63,975 bases of DNA. It comes from an uncultured Candidatus Rokubacteria bacterium. Lineage in GTDB: Bacteria > Methylomirabilota > Methylomirabilia > Rokubacteriales > CSP1-6. Made by a program: the position numbers and the translations under genes. The DNA lies in contig CAWBMV010000010.1 of NCBI GenBank assembly GCA_963789955.1, forward strand, positions 1 through 63,975, read 5' to 3'. Each line of letters begins with the position of its first letter. Position 1 is the first letter of the stretch. Of the stretch, positions 31,705-42,710 are shown piece after piece. Below the pieces are notes generated by a model. The model worked only from the letters and a program-made list of their open reading frames with translations. It was not told where the DNA came from and did no database searches.

Positions 31705-32372
31705 CTTCGCTTCCTCCAGGAGGTGCGCGGCGTGATCGCGCGCACGCCGGCTGATCGCCCTCTGCGCGGCCGAACCCACTTCGACCAGCAGCTCGGATCG
31801 GCCTGAGCTCGCCTGCTGCGGCGGCGTGTTGGGCGAGTGAATGAAGCGGCGCTCGACAAGCGCCACGACGGCCTCCGCCGCCCCCGCGATATCCTGGGCG
31901 GTCGTGTCGATGATCAGCTCGGGAGCCAGCGCGACTTCATACTCGACGTTGACCCCGGGCACGCGGGCACCGGCCTGCGTTGCGCCGGCGTAGATGCCGG
32001 GCGGGGCCGCGCCTCGCGGCCGCGCCGCTTCGCGCTCCCGACATACGGCCAGTGGACACACCAGCTGCACCTCAGCAAAGCTCGACAGCGCCGCCCGCGC
32101 GAGATCGCGCCACGCGCGTCGGTGAGCCGTGGCGTCGAAGATCACGGGAATGCCCGAGTCGACCAGCGTCGCGCCGATATAGACCAGCGCGCGGTACACG
32201 GCCTCGCGCTCGGCGTCACAGTACGTGGGCACGGGCGTGATGACCCGGCGGATCTCGTCGAGCTCGAGCACGACCACGTCTCTCCACGCGAGCAGAGCTC
32301 CTTCGCCGCTGCTCGCGCGATAACGGACTTGCCGCTACCGGGCAAACCGGTGATCCAGATCGCCCAGCTCAT
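31705..32372 (-). CDS. Adenylylsulfate-kinase-like P-loop kinase; frameshift ~32285; in frame with pcm
   Basis: WAIWITGLPGSGKS, ELDEIR, FDATAHRR, CPL, VPGVNVEYE. Confidence 0.75.
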
Positions 32373-32474
32373 CGAGTCGACTGATGCCGAGCGGCCACAT
32401 CGGGCGCCGCAGGGCTCGCGGTGTTGCTCAGGAGCATCCCGTAGCGGACGGTGATCCTCACAATGACAAGCGAA

Positions 32475-32490
32475 CGCAAGGTCGATGCCA
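32475..32490 (-). promoter_or_regulatory. sigma-54 promoter of kinase-pcm-MAT-IMPase unit
   Basis: TGGCATCGACCTTGCG. Confidence 0.72.
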
Positions 32491-32542
32491 CCCCACGGAT
32501 TCAATCGGCTCGGCGGTTTAGTTCGAGAGCGCGGCGGACCAA

Positions 32543-32579
32543 TGGGAGATGGCCGCCCACGTGAGGCACCAACGCCGCG
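32543..32579. promoter_or_regulatory. Tandem putative enhancer sites between divergent promoters
   Basis: TGGGAG-N6-GCCCAC and TGAGGC-N6-GCCGCG. Confidence 0.5.
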
Positions 32580-32653
32580 CTCCGTCGCGCACGTGCGCTC
32601 CGTCCTGGTCCCTCGCCCATGGTGGCACGCACCGGAAGAGCCTCCGCTCGCCG

Positions 32654-32669
32654 TGGCATCGACGATGCA
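32654..32669 (+). promoter_or_regulatory. sigma-54 promoter
   Basis: TGGCATCGACGATGCA. Confidence 0.65.
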
Positions 32670-32689
32670 TTCGTTCACGGGCTGGGGGC

Positions 32690-32804
32690 GCCGATCGCCC
32701 GCGCGCCTTTTCTCGAGTACAAGGTCGGCGCGCTCCCGATCGTGACGCCCGTCGGTTACATCGACATCCTCCGGGCGGTGCAGGACATGCTCGAGGAGGG
32801 CTGA
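32690..32804 (+). pseudogene. CBS-domain C-terminal remnant
   Basis: EYKVGALPIV...DILRAV without a recognisable N-terminus. Confidence 0.4.
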
Positions 32805-32807
32805 GAC

Positions 32808-33358
32808 ATGGCCGGGCGCGCGCCGCGCATCGACAAGAACCTGGCGTCCTGGCCGAAGCCGGTGCCGGTGAAAGACTGGATGGGGCGACCCGCCGTCACG
32901 ATTCCTGCCGGCGCCACCTGCCGCGAGGCGATCGACTTGATGAAGGCATCCAAGATTCGACACTTGCCCGTCGTCGACCGAGCCGGCTCGTGGGGATCGT
33001 GTCGGATCGGGATCTGCGGCACGTGCTTTTCAATCCGGCGATCCAGGACAGACTCGAGCAGGCAGTCGAGATCCTGGAGAGTCGGACCGTGCGTGAGGTC
33101 ATGACATGGGCGGTCATCTCCGTCGGCCACCGGACGGGGCTGCGACAGGCCGCTGGGTCTTGGTGCCGAGCAGAAGTCGGCACCCTGCCGGTTGTCCACG
33201 CCGGCCGCGTGGTCGGGGTTTTGACGGAGCGCGACGTGCTGCGCGCGTTCGCGGCGCTGACCCCCGAGGGGGTGACGAGAGTGACGCCGCTCGAGGTGGG
33301 CGTGGGCGAAGACGCCTACGAGTACGGCTTTCCGCGAACCGAAGTCCCCGGTCAGTGA
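32808..33358 (+). CDS. CBS domain protein; frameshifted
   Basis: KIRHLPVVD, VGIVSDRDLR, VGTLPVV..VLTERD; resembles 11260-11823. Confidence 0.8.
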
Positions 33359-34784
33359 GGATACAGCGCGCGCAGGTACGGAATGCCGAGGCCCAGGAGC
33401 GTGACCAGAAAGATCAACCCGAATATCGATCCGAGGCCCCGAGAATTCCTTGCGCGTGATGTACCCGCTCGCGAAGTAGATCGGGGCCGCCCCCGTCGCG
33501 TACGGAGTCAGGACACCCATCAGCCCCAGCCCGTAGCAGAGAAGCAGTGAAGCTTGCTTGATCGGCAGGTCGGGCGTGGCGGCCATCGAGGCCACGAACA
33601 CCGGCAGGAACGCGGTCGTGTGGGCCGTGAGGCTCGCGAACATGTAGTGGCTCACGAAGAACACGACGACGATGACGACCGTCTTCACCACGACCGGCGT
33701 CTGGCCGAGTTGACGCCACGGACTCCCCGGCGAACCATTTCAAGAAGCCCACTCGATTCAACCCGTCTGCGAGCGTGACCAATGTCGCGAACCAGGTCAA
33801 TGCGTTCCAGGCGGGCCCGTGGGCGAGGACATCGTCCCATCGGATGACACGGGCGAGGAGCATCAGGCAAAGGGTGAGGGACGCGGTCGTGACGTTCATC
33901 CATTCGGCGGCAGACACCCAGAGCGACAGCGCGAACAGAGCCAGGAGCGCCATGAGCATCTCGGGGTGCGTCACCCGCCCCCATCCGGTCGAGCTCCTGG
34001 CGTGCCGATTGGAACCTCTGGACTCGTCTTCACCGTGGGAGGATAGAGGGCGTAGACGAGCGCCGGAAGAAGGGTGAAGAGGACGAGCCCTATCGGCAGG
34101 AATCGACGAACCAGTCCGACCACGTGATGGTCACGCCGGCGAGCTCCTGAGCATCGAGCGGGCCAGTAGATTGGGCGTGAATGCCGTGAGGAACATCGAG
34201 CTCGTGGACGCACGTCGTTCCGAAGGCCGTCCACATCAGATAGGCGCCGATGCGCCGCGCGGTCTTGCCCGGCGATGAGCCGTAGAGCGGCGGAATGCTC
34301 TCGATGATCGGGAAAATTATTCCCGCGCTCCGGGCCGTGTTCGACGGCGTGAGAGGTGCCAGGGCGAGATCCGCCAACGCGACGGCATATCCGAGACCGA
34401 GGGTTCGCCCGCCGAGGCGCTGAACCAGCGTCAGAGCGATTCGACGTCCCAGCCCCGTGGCCTGATAGCCGAGCGCGAACATGAAGACGACGAGCATGAG
34501 CCATACCGTGCTGTCGGCGAAGCCGGCGGTGCCCAGCGGATCGATTCGGTCGGTCGGGGCAACCAGGAGAAGCGTCGCCGCCGTCGTGACGGCCACGAGT
34601 CCGACCACCGGGCCCGGGAGTGGCTCGGTGATGAGCGCCGCGACCGCGGCGACGACCAGCCCGAAGTAATACCAGGCGTTCGCCGTCAGCTCCGCCGGAA
34701 CAGGCGCCAGCGCGACGGCCGATCCCCAGCAGCAAAGGCCCCGACCGCTCGCCAGATCTTCTTCATCAAGCGGATTGTGGTCAT
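33352..34784 (-). CDS. DASS-family di/tricarboxylate transporter (CitT-like); many frameshifts
   Basis: TGLGRRIAL, PSNTARSAG, WFATL, HYMFASLTAH, GVLTPYATG. Confidence 0.8.
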
Positions 34785-34955
34785 CGACCAGTTGTCGGCC
34801 ACTCGGCCCTCCCGGCCCGTGGTCCTCGGGTCGCGGTCCCGCGCGAGGCCGGGGAAGCCTAGCAGTCTGGTGCGGCGATCGCACGACAGCGGCGGGCATG
34901 ACTCACTTCGGCGGCGCACCCGGGCTGATCTGCTGAATTCGATCGATCTCGACAT

Positions 34956-34971
34956 TGGCATTGAGATCGCA
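34956..34971 (+). promoter_or_regulatory. sigma-54 promoter
   Basis: TGGCATTGAGATCGCA just upstream of the protease gene. Confidence 0.55.
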
Positions 34972-34985
34972 GCGGGGCAAGGCGC

Positions 34986-37401
34986 ATGCGCAATGTGAAT
35001 GCCAGTCAGCTCCGAGCGGCCTGCGATCCGTCGACCCTGGGGTTTCAGTCCACTGATGATCTGCCGGCCCTGGACGGCATGATCGGCCAGGAGCGGGCCG
35101 TCAGCGCGACGAAGTTCGGTATCGGGGTGAAGCACATCGGCTACAACCTGTTCGTCCTCGGTCCTCCTGCCACCGGAAAGACCTCGACCATGCAGCGGCT
35201 TCTTGCCAAGGCCGCCGAGGGCGAGCCCACCGCCGCCGATTCTGCTACGTGCACAACTTCCGAGATCCCTACCGGCCGACGGCGCTCGAGGTTCCGGCGG
35301 GGCGCGGTCGGGCGCTCCAACGCCAGATGACCGAGCTCGTCGAGGAATGCAAGGTCAAGCTGCCGCGGGCGTTCGAGGGCGAAGAATTCGAGCGTCAGAA
35401 GTCGCAGATCCTCGACGACCTCCGACACCGTCAGGAGGCGGAGATCGGGCGGCTCGAAGACCGGGCTCGCTCCGCGGGGTTCGTCGTCTTGCGGACACCC
35501 GCGGGGCTGGCGGTCGCGCCGGCGCCGAGGGGACGGCCCTGAGCCACGAGGAATTCAGTGCGCTGCCGGCGGCCGCTCAGAAGAGGCTCACGGACGGCGC
35601 CGAGGAGCTCCAGCCGCACGTGGACGTGACGCTCCGACAGCTACGGCAGCTCGAGCGCGATGCGGCCCAGTCGCACGAGAAGCTCGTGCGCGAGATCGCA
35701 GCGGCGGTGACCCGCCACCTGATCGGCGAGCTCCGCGACGAGTTTGCCGGGCTCGACTCCGTCCAGCGGTACCTCGACGAGGTCGAGAACGATTTGATCG
35801 CCCACGCGGAGGAGTTCCGGGGCTCGGCCGAGGGCAAGCCGGTGCTGCCGTTCCTGCCGCCGCCCGGAGCCTTTCTCGACCGTTATCGCGTGAACGTCCT
35901 CCTGGACCGCAGTCAGGATCGGGGCGCCCCGGTCGTGTTCGAATCGAATCCGACGCACGGGAACCTCCTCGGAAAGATCGAGCATCGCGCGCACTTCGGC
36001 ACGCTCGTCACGGACTTCACGCTCATCAGGCCGGGAGCGTTGCATCGCGCCAACGGCGGGTATCTCATTCTCGAAGCGAAGGACGTCCTCCGGAACTTCG
36101 TGGCATGGGAGTCTCTCAAGAAGGCACTGAAGAGTCGCCTCATCCGGATCGAGGAGCCGCTCGAGGAGTTCCGTCTGGTCGCGACGGCGAGCCTGGCGCC
36201 CGAGCCGACCCCGCTCTCGGTCAAGGTCGTGCTCATCGGGAGTCCGCTGTTCTACTATCTGCTCTACAACCTCGACGAGGATTTCGGCGAGCTCTTCAAG
36301 GTCAAGGTCGATTTCGACGATTCGTTCGAGCGTACGCGCGAAACCGAGCGGCTCTACGCGCGTTTCGTCGCCGGCGCGTGCCGCGAGCACGGGCTCAAGC
36401 CCTTCTCGGCGGACGGCATCGCGAAGCTGATCGAGCACGGCTCCCGCATGGTCGCTCATCAGCAGCGGCTCAGCTCCCGGCTTGGAGCGCTGCTCGACGT
36501 CGTTCGCGACGCCGAGTTCTATGCGGGCGAGCGCGGGAACGCCCGGGTCACCGGCGACGATGTCGCGCACGCCATCGCTCAGAAGATCTTCCGGTCGAAC
36601 CTCATCGAGGAGCGTGTCGGGCGGATGATCGCGGAAGGCTCGTTGCTGATCGCGACCGACGGCGAGGTAGTGGGACAGCTGAACGGGATCTCCGTGCTGT
36701 CCACGGGGGACCACGCCTTCGGCCGCCCGTCGCGCATCACGGTGCGCACGTACAGCGGCGAGCCCGGTGTCGTCGACATCGAGCGTGAGTCGAAGCTCGG
36801 CGGTCGCATCCACTCGAAGGGCGTCATGATCCTGACGGGATTTCTCGCCGGGCGCTACGCACGCGAGAAACCCCTGGCGCTGTCGGCGTCGGTCACGTTC
36901 GAGCAGCAGTACGAAGAGGTGGAGGGAGACAGCGCGTCATGCGCCGAGCTGTTGGCGCTGCTGTCGAGTCTCGCCGGGATCCCGCTGTCGCAGTCGATCG
37001 CGGTGACGGGTTCGGTGAACCAGCGCGGCGAGATCCAGCCGGTGGGCGCGGTCAACGAGAAGATCGAAGGCTTCTTCGACGTCTGCCGAGCGCGCGGGCT
37101 CACCGGCCGCCAGGGCATGTTGATCCCGGAGACGAACTTGCGCCATCTGATGCTCCGCGAGGACGTCGTGGACGCCGTTCGGCAGGGGACGTTTCACATC
37201 CATGCGGCCTCTACGGTCGATGAAGGCCTCGAGATCCTCTCGGGGCGTCCGGCCGGCGAGCGGAGCGAGCCCGGCACGCCGTTCCCGCCCGGAAGCTTCA
37301 ACGCAGCGGTCGAGCAGACGCTGGCCGAGAATCTTGACCGCCTGAAGGCGCTCCGGACGAACTCGCACCCGGCCGTGCCCGCGCGAAGTGGTTCGGGCTG
37401 A
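34986..37401 (+). CDS. Lon-like (S16, LonB/LonC-type) AAA protease; frameshifts near 5' end
   Basis: IGQERA, GPPATGKT, PGALHRANGGYL, FKVKVDF, EGDSAS Ser and NEKIEGFF Lys dyad. Confidence 0.88.
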
Positions 37402-37414
37402 CGCTCGGCGGCGA

Positions 37415-37478
37415 GGCGACCAGGTAGCGGGGCCTCGAGCACCCTGAGCGCGTTCGGCGACAGCTGGGTCACCGGCAT
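37415..37478 (-). pseudogene. N-terminal stub of class II (B12) ribonucleotide reductase
   Basis: MPVTQLSPNALRVLEA(R)YL after removing one C; matches the typical LS-NA--VLE-RYL NrdJ start. Confidence 0.5.
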
Positions 37479-37491
37479 CCGCGGGCTTCCC

Positions 37492-40222
37492 TCACGGGCC
37501 GCGCTCCTCGACGCGGCGCTCGCCGGCGGCGCGCGCGACCTCGTCGCGCGCGAGGTCGCGGATCCGTACCATCTCGCGCCAATCGTCCTTTTCGGGCGTG
37601 ATCGGCGTGCCGATCGTCACCGTGATCGGACCGCGTCGCGGGAGCCACCGGTACGCGGGCAAGATGTCGCGAGTGCCGCGAAGACCGACGGGAATGATGG
37701 GACACCGCGCGTCGATGGCGGCCTTGAATGCGCCGAGCCTGAACGGCAAGATCCCCGACGCGCGGACGAACGTCCCCTCCGGGAAGAAGAGGATTGACGT
37801 GCCCGCGCGCAGTACGCCGGTGATGTTCTCCGTGTCGGCGACGCCGCGGGAGAGGTCCACGCGATCGACGGTGAGGTGGTGGGCCTTCCGGATCACCGTG
37901 CCGATCAGCGGCGCCTTCGCGAGCTCGCGCTTGGCCACGAACCGGAATTCGGTGGGGATCGCGGCGAACAGAGCGACGACGTCGAGGTAGCTCGAGTGGT
38001 TGCAGACGAACAGGGCCGAGCCACGCGCGGGCAGCCGGGCAAGTCCTTCGACCCGCAGGCGGCAACCGGCCAGGGCCAGCACGATGCGCGACCAGACTCG
38101 CGTGGCACGGTCCACCGCGCGCCCGCGCGGCAGAAGGAGCACGAGCGCCCAGAGCAGCGGGAACCCGATGGCGAGCACTACGCCGATCCATCCCGCGTAG
38201 GCGAGCGCGCGCGCTCCCTCGGGCACGCGGCGAAGCCTGGCCGCGATGTCCAGCACCATGAGCCGCGCCCACTGCCGGCGTGCCGAGGGGCGGACGCCGA
38301 GCTGCCCGGCGCGGTACGCGTCGCGCGTCGCGCTGCGCCGGATCTTGCCGCTCGGGGTCTTGAGGACGGTCCCCGGCCCGTAGATGGCGACCACGTCGGG
38401 GGGAATGCCGAGCCCGGCGATCACCCGCTCGATGATGTTGGCCCTGAGACGCTCGCGCGCGACGGCCTCCGTCTCGCGGCTCTCCGCGACGACGATCAGT
38501 CGCTCGGTTCCGAGGGCCGCGTCGGGGACGCCGAACACCGCGACGCAGCCTTTTCGGATTCCTGGCACCTCACCGACGAGCTCTTCGACCTGGTGAGGAT
38601 GGAGATTGCGTCCCGCCTTGATGATGATGTCCTTGATGCGGCCGGTGACGAAGAGCTCGCCGTCCGCTCGAAAGCCGAGATCGCCGGAGTCGCACCATCC
38701 GTCGCGAAACGCGGCGTGCGTGGCGGCCGGGTTGCGGAAGTAGCCGCTTGTCACCGAAGGGCCGCGAAACTCGATGCGCCCCTCGACCGCTTCGTCCACG
38801 GCGTTGCCTGCGGCGTCGACGATTCGTACCTCGTGGCCTGGAAGGGGGAGCCCGCACGACACGATGCCGCGCTCCAGTCGCGGGCGCCGGCCGACGGGCG
38901 CGACGGTCAGTCCGACCGACGCCTCGGCGAGCCCGTACGTCGGACACATGGCCTCCGGCCGGAACCCGTAGGGCGCGAACCGGCGGCTGAAGCGTTCGAT
39001 CGTCTCCGCGCTGACCGGCTCGGAGCCGTTGAGCGCCAGTCGCCACGCGCTCAGGTCGAGGCCGCGGATCTCGTCGTCGGTGATCCTCTTGACGCACAGA
39101 TCGAAGGCGAAGTTGGGCGCCGGCGAGATCGTTCCGCGATGGGCGTGCAGTGCCCACAGCCAGCGCGCCGGACGTGCCAGGAAGGAGAGCGGCGACATAA
39201 TCGTGATGGGAATGCCGAAATACAGAGCACCGAGCCAGGCGCCGATCAATCCCATGTCGTGATAGAGCGGCAGCCAGCTCACGCCGACGTCGTCTGGCCC
39301 GATCGCGAGAGCTTCGCCGATCGCACGGATGTTCGCCAAGAGGTTGGCGTTGGTCAGGAGAACACCTTTCGGGTCGCCCGTGCTGCCCGATGTGTACTGA
39401 ATGAGCGCGGGATCGCTCGAGCGCCGGTGCGACGGTCGCGGCCGGTCACCCGCGGCGACCAAATCCGCGACGGTGGTGACCTCGGCGAGCGCTCCGGCGC
39501 GCGAGCGTAGCAACCCGGCGACCCGCTCGGCTTCACCGAAGGTGATGAGGACACGCGCCGCGGCGTTGGTGAGGATCGCGAGCTGCCGGCGCGTGTACTC
39601 TTCGATGCGATCCGCGCGGTACGGCGGATAGATCGGCACCGGCACGGCGCCGGCCAGCAACGTCCCGAAGAACGCGGCGAAGAACGGCTCTTCCGTTCTC
39701 AGCATGAGGGCCACGGAATCGCCCGGGCCGATCTTGCGCTCGCGAAGGCCGGCAGACACGGCGACGGCACGGTCCCACAGCGCGCGATAGGAGATGGCCT
39801 GCTCGCCGCCGTGCTCGTCGCCCAGGAAGACGTGCACGCGCTCAGGACTCCGCTCCACGTGCCATCGGAGCGCGTCGATCAAGGTCCCTGCCGAGGCCGG
39901 AGCGGCGCTCGCGGCACTGAGAGCTCCGACGCGCTCGGGGACCTGCGCAGCGCCGAGCGGCCCAGCCGTCAGCACCGCGCGAGCCAGGTCGCCGGGAGTC
40001 TCGGCTTCCATCATCGCGGCGTCGGAGAGCCGGACGCCGAAGGCCTGCTCGAGACGCAAGAGCAACTCCACGCGCTCCAGGCTGCCGATGGCGAGGTCGC
40101 GCTCCAGCGATTGGTCGAGCGCGATCGTGGCGGGCGCGAGCGCGCCCTGGAGCTCCGCGGTGAGCCCGGTCACGATCTCGAGGACTCGCGCCTCGAGCCG
40201 AGATCTGTCGGCTGCTACGACC
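37492..40222 (-). CDS. ACP-fatty acyl-AMP ligase-lysophospholipid acyltransferase fusion
   Basis: ACP GSLERVEL; QYTSGSTGDPKG, SWLPLYHDMGLIG, YGLAEA, KTPSGKIRR; NHSSYLD, FFPEGT; start approximate. Confidence 0.88.
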
Positions 40223-40294
40223 ACGGACCGTTGTCCGACGGCTTGAAGATCGGCCTCCCTCGATGGTCGGGTCGACACCCGGTCCCACGAGAGA

Positions 40295-40310
40295 GGCAAA
40301 TGCGATGCCC
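40295..40310 (-). promoter_or_regulatory. sigma-54 promoter
   Basis: GGGCATCGCATTTGCC. Confidence 0.6.
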
Positions 40311-40362
40311 GGGTCGGAACAGGCTCAAGTGGTCGAATTCACGCGCGAGCGCCCAGCCGGGA

Positions 40363-40400
40363 TTGGTCGTCCGCGCCTCATGTGGGACACGGGAGCCCCA
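40363..40400. promoter_or_regulatory. Tandem putative enhancer sites between divergent promoters
   Basis: TTGGTC-N6-GCCTCA and TGGGAC-N6-GCCCCA, 20-bp period. Confidence 0.6.
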
Positions 40401-40466
40401 GCGGCCGCTTCCCTGACGGGGTGCCAAGTCGCTGATATGTGGGCCGCCGCTTCGGATCCCCGGGGG

Positions 40467-40482
40467 TGGCATCGCCTTTGCG
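40467..40482 (+). promoter_or_regulatory. sigma-54 promoter
   Basis: TGGCATCGCCTTTGCG. Confidence 0.72.
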
Positions 40483-40497
40483 CTTCGAGCCCTGCCG

Positions 40498-41311
40498 ATG
40501 GCAAGCCTGGCGGTGACAGCGCTCTTCACGGGCGAACCTGCGCTCGTCGGGCCCGAGGGTCTCGACTGTGCCGGCGATTCTCGGAGCACTGAGCCTGGAC
40601 TCTGCGCGGCCGCCGCCGGCATCGATCCCGACAAGCTCAGGACTGCTCGCGAGCTCAAAGCCGCCTATCCCTTCGACTCGTTCCGCAAGCGCATGACCCT
40701 GGTGCGCGGCGCCGACGCCGAGACCGTCGCGTACGTGAAGGGAGCGCCCAGGGAGACCCTGGCACTGTGCGACCAAATCCGCTGGGGCGACCGAACCGTG
40801 GCGCTCACCGACGAGACGCGTCGCAAAGTGCTGGCCGATCACGACCGTCTGGCCGGCGACGGGCTGCGCCTTCTGGCCGTGGCGTCGCGGCCGGTCGGCC
40901 GGGAGCTCGCCGGCGCGCCGCAAGGCACGGTGGAGCGAGACCTGATCTTCCTGGGACTGATCGCGCTCTGGGATCCGCCCCGCGCCGAAGTTGCCGAGGC
41001 GATCGCGTATCGGCGCGCCACCACGGATGACGTTCGCCGCGATCGTCGCCGCACAGGTCGGAAACGTGTTTGCGTGCCGGACCGATCGCCAGTCGGTGTT
41101 CAGCGTCGGCTTGACGGAAAACCGGATGGTGTTCGTCGGCGTGGCGGCCGAGGTCGCCATCCTGCTCGGCTTGATTCTGCTACCACCGCTTCGGCACGTC
41201 TTCGGCCTGGCGCCTCTCTCGTTCTCGGAGTGGGGGATCTTACTGCTGTTCGCGCCGACGATCCTGCTTCTCGACGAGGTTCGGAAGGGCTTGCTCCGTC
41301 GGCTCAGATAG
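40498..41311 (+). pseudogene. Internally deleted cation-transporting P-type ATPase
   Basis: PFDSFRKRM, KGAP, GLRLLAVA, DPPR, then a direct jump to C-terminal QVGNVFACR..DEVRK; no DKTGT or GDGxND. Confidence 0.75.
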
Positions 41312-41345
41312 GGCGGGAGCGCCCCAGTGTCGCGCGTTCGCCGCA
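41309..41345. promoter_or_regulatory. Tandem putative enhancer sites
   Basis: TAGGGC-N6-GCCCCA and TGTCGC-N6-GCCGCA. Confidence 0.45.
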
Positions 41346-41382
41346 GCGTGCGGCGAACGCGGGGTGCCCGAAGCGTTCGCCG
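41333..41382. repeat. Three alternating copies of GCGTTCGCCG (overlapping inverted repeats)
   Basis: 13-bp perfect stem 41333-41345/41349-41361; alternative stem 41351-41360/41373-41382. Confidence 0.7.
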
Positions 41383-41419
41383 ACGCTCGGTTTTCGCCTC
41401 CGTCGTACCGTCAGTCACC

Positions 41420-41435
41420 TGGCAACGACGTTGCA
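41420..41435 (+). promoter_or_regulatory. sigma-54 promoter
   Basis: TGGCAACGACGTTGCA. Confidence 0.75.
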
Positions 41436-41459
41436 GACACCCTGCGCGAGGAGGAAGAC

Positions 41460-41546
41460 ATGAATGCGATGGCGCGCATGCTTTCCGACGACCTGAGCCG
41501 ACTGATCGACAGGCGAGCGGCGTCGATTCCCGAAGGCGCCGCCTGA
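41460..41546 (+). CDS. 28-aa ORF (leader peptide or truncated gene)
   Basis: GAGGAGG RBS right after promoter; MNAMARMLSDDLSRLIDRRAASIPEGAA. Confidence 0.35.
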   Translation: MNAMARMLSDDLSRLIDRRAASIPEGAA

Positions 41547-41565
41547 CCGCACACGGGGGATTCGC

Positions 41566-42042
41566 ATGAACGTCGGCAAGATCCTGATCCCGCTCGACGG
41601 CTCGACTCTGGCCGAGGCTGCAGTCCGGCACGCGATCGAGGTGGCCAATGGCGCGACCTTGAGCCTGCTCCGGGCCGCCGAGACCGACGCACGATCGGCG
41701 AGCGATTCGCCGGTGGCGCAGCTGAAGGCATTGCGCGAAGCGCAGGAATATCTGAGGAGGATCGTCAAGCGACTCGAGCATGCGGGGCAGAGCCGGGTCG
41801 AGGCGAACGTCTGGTACGGGCCGCCCGCGGCGGCGATCGTCGGGGCGGCTCGTGACCAGAAGGTCGATCTCATCGTGATGGCGACCCACGGCCGGAGCGG
41901 GCTCGGGCGCCTCGGGCTCGGCAGCGTGACCGAGGCCGTTTTGCGCGGGACTCGGGTTCCCGTGCTCGTCGTTCGTCCCGACGGCGCACCGGTGGATGTG
42001 CCAATCGGCGGCGGACCGGCCGGCAGAGATTTCCGTGTATAA
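41566..42042 (+). CDS. Universal stress protein
   Basis: ILIPLDGS, DLIVMATHGRSG, GSVTE. Confidence 0.9.
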   Translation: MNVGKILIPLDGSTLAEAAVRHAIEVANGATLSLLRAAETDARSASDSPVAQLKALREAQEYLRRIVKRLEHAGQSRVEANVWYGPPAAAIVGAARDQKVDLIVMATHGRSGLGRLGLGSVTEAVLRGTRVPVLVVRPDGAPVDVPIGGGPAGRDFRV

Positions 42043-42511
42043 GCGCGCGCTCGTCCCGCTCGATGGCTCGATCGTGGCCGAGAGCGTCATCCCGTTCATC
42101 CTGCAGATCGCGGGGCCGCTCGACCTGGATGTGACGTTGCTTAGTGTCGTCGTCCCCAGACCACCGGCGGCGCTGGTAGAGGTGGGGCCGGTCGTCGTCG
42201 ACAACACCGAGAGGCTCGCCGCCGAGGCCGAAGGCTATCTGATACCGCTCGCCCGGGAGCTCCGCGCGAACGGTGTTCGCGTGACGACCGCGGTGCGGCG
42301 CGGCGAGCCCGTTGCCGAGATCCTCGCCGGCGTTGGGGAGGCGCAGGCGGACCTCATCGTCATGACCACGCACGGCCGGACGGGACTCGGCCGGCTGCTG
42401 TTCGGCTCGGTCGCCGAGGGCGTGCTACGTCAGGCCGACGTGCCGGTGTTCCTAATGCGCCAGACGGAAGCTCAGCTCGCCGCACGTAGCATCTGGCAAC
42501 CCGTTCGGTGA
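42035..42511 (+). CDS. Universal stress protein
   Basis: LVPLDGS, DLIVMTTHGRTG, FGSVAE. Confidence 0.9.
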   Translation: MYKRALVPLDGSIVAESVIPFILQIAGPLDLDVTLLSVVVPRPPAALVEVGPVVVDNTERLAAEAEGYLIPLARELRANGVRVTTAVRRGEPVAEILAGVGEAQADLIVMTTHGRTGLGRLLFGSVAEGVLRQADVPVFLMRQTEAQLAARSIWQPVR

Positions 42512-42567
42512 AGCGAGCTGCACCAACGTTCCGGCCAGACCGATCGCCCAGGCGCAGTCCCGGACTC

Positions 42568-42606
42568 TGGGGCGTGGCCGCCGCAACGCGGGGCACTCAG
42601 GCCTCA
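42568..42606. promoter_or_regulatory. Tandem putative enhancer sites
   Basis: TGGGGC-N6-GCCGCA and CGGGGC-N6-GCCTCA, 21-bp period. Confidence 0.6.
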
Positions 42607-42669
42607 GCGACCACCATGCACCCCGCAAAATCGCCGCGATTTGCGCGCGCGCGCATCCGCGTGCGGGCT

Positions 42670-42685
42670 CGGCACTCATCTTGCT
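42670..42685 (+). promoter_or_regulatory. sigma-54 promoter
   Basis: CGGCACTCATCTTGCT. Confidence 0.7.
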
Positions 42686-42710
42686 CATTCGCAAGGGCCG
42701 GGAGGCAATC

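Noticed and set aside
37492..40299. NRPS/PKS biosynthetic cluster
   Set aside because: Only a FAAL-type adenylation domain, ACP and PlsC-type acyltransferase; no condensation or ketosynthase domains
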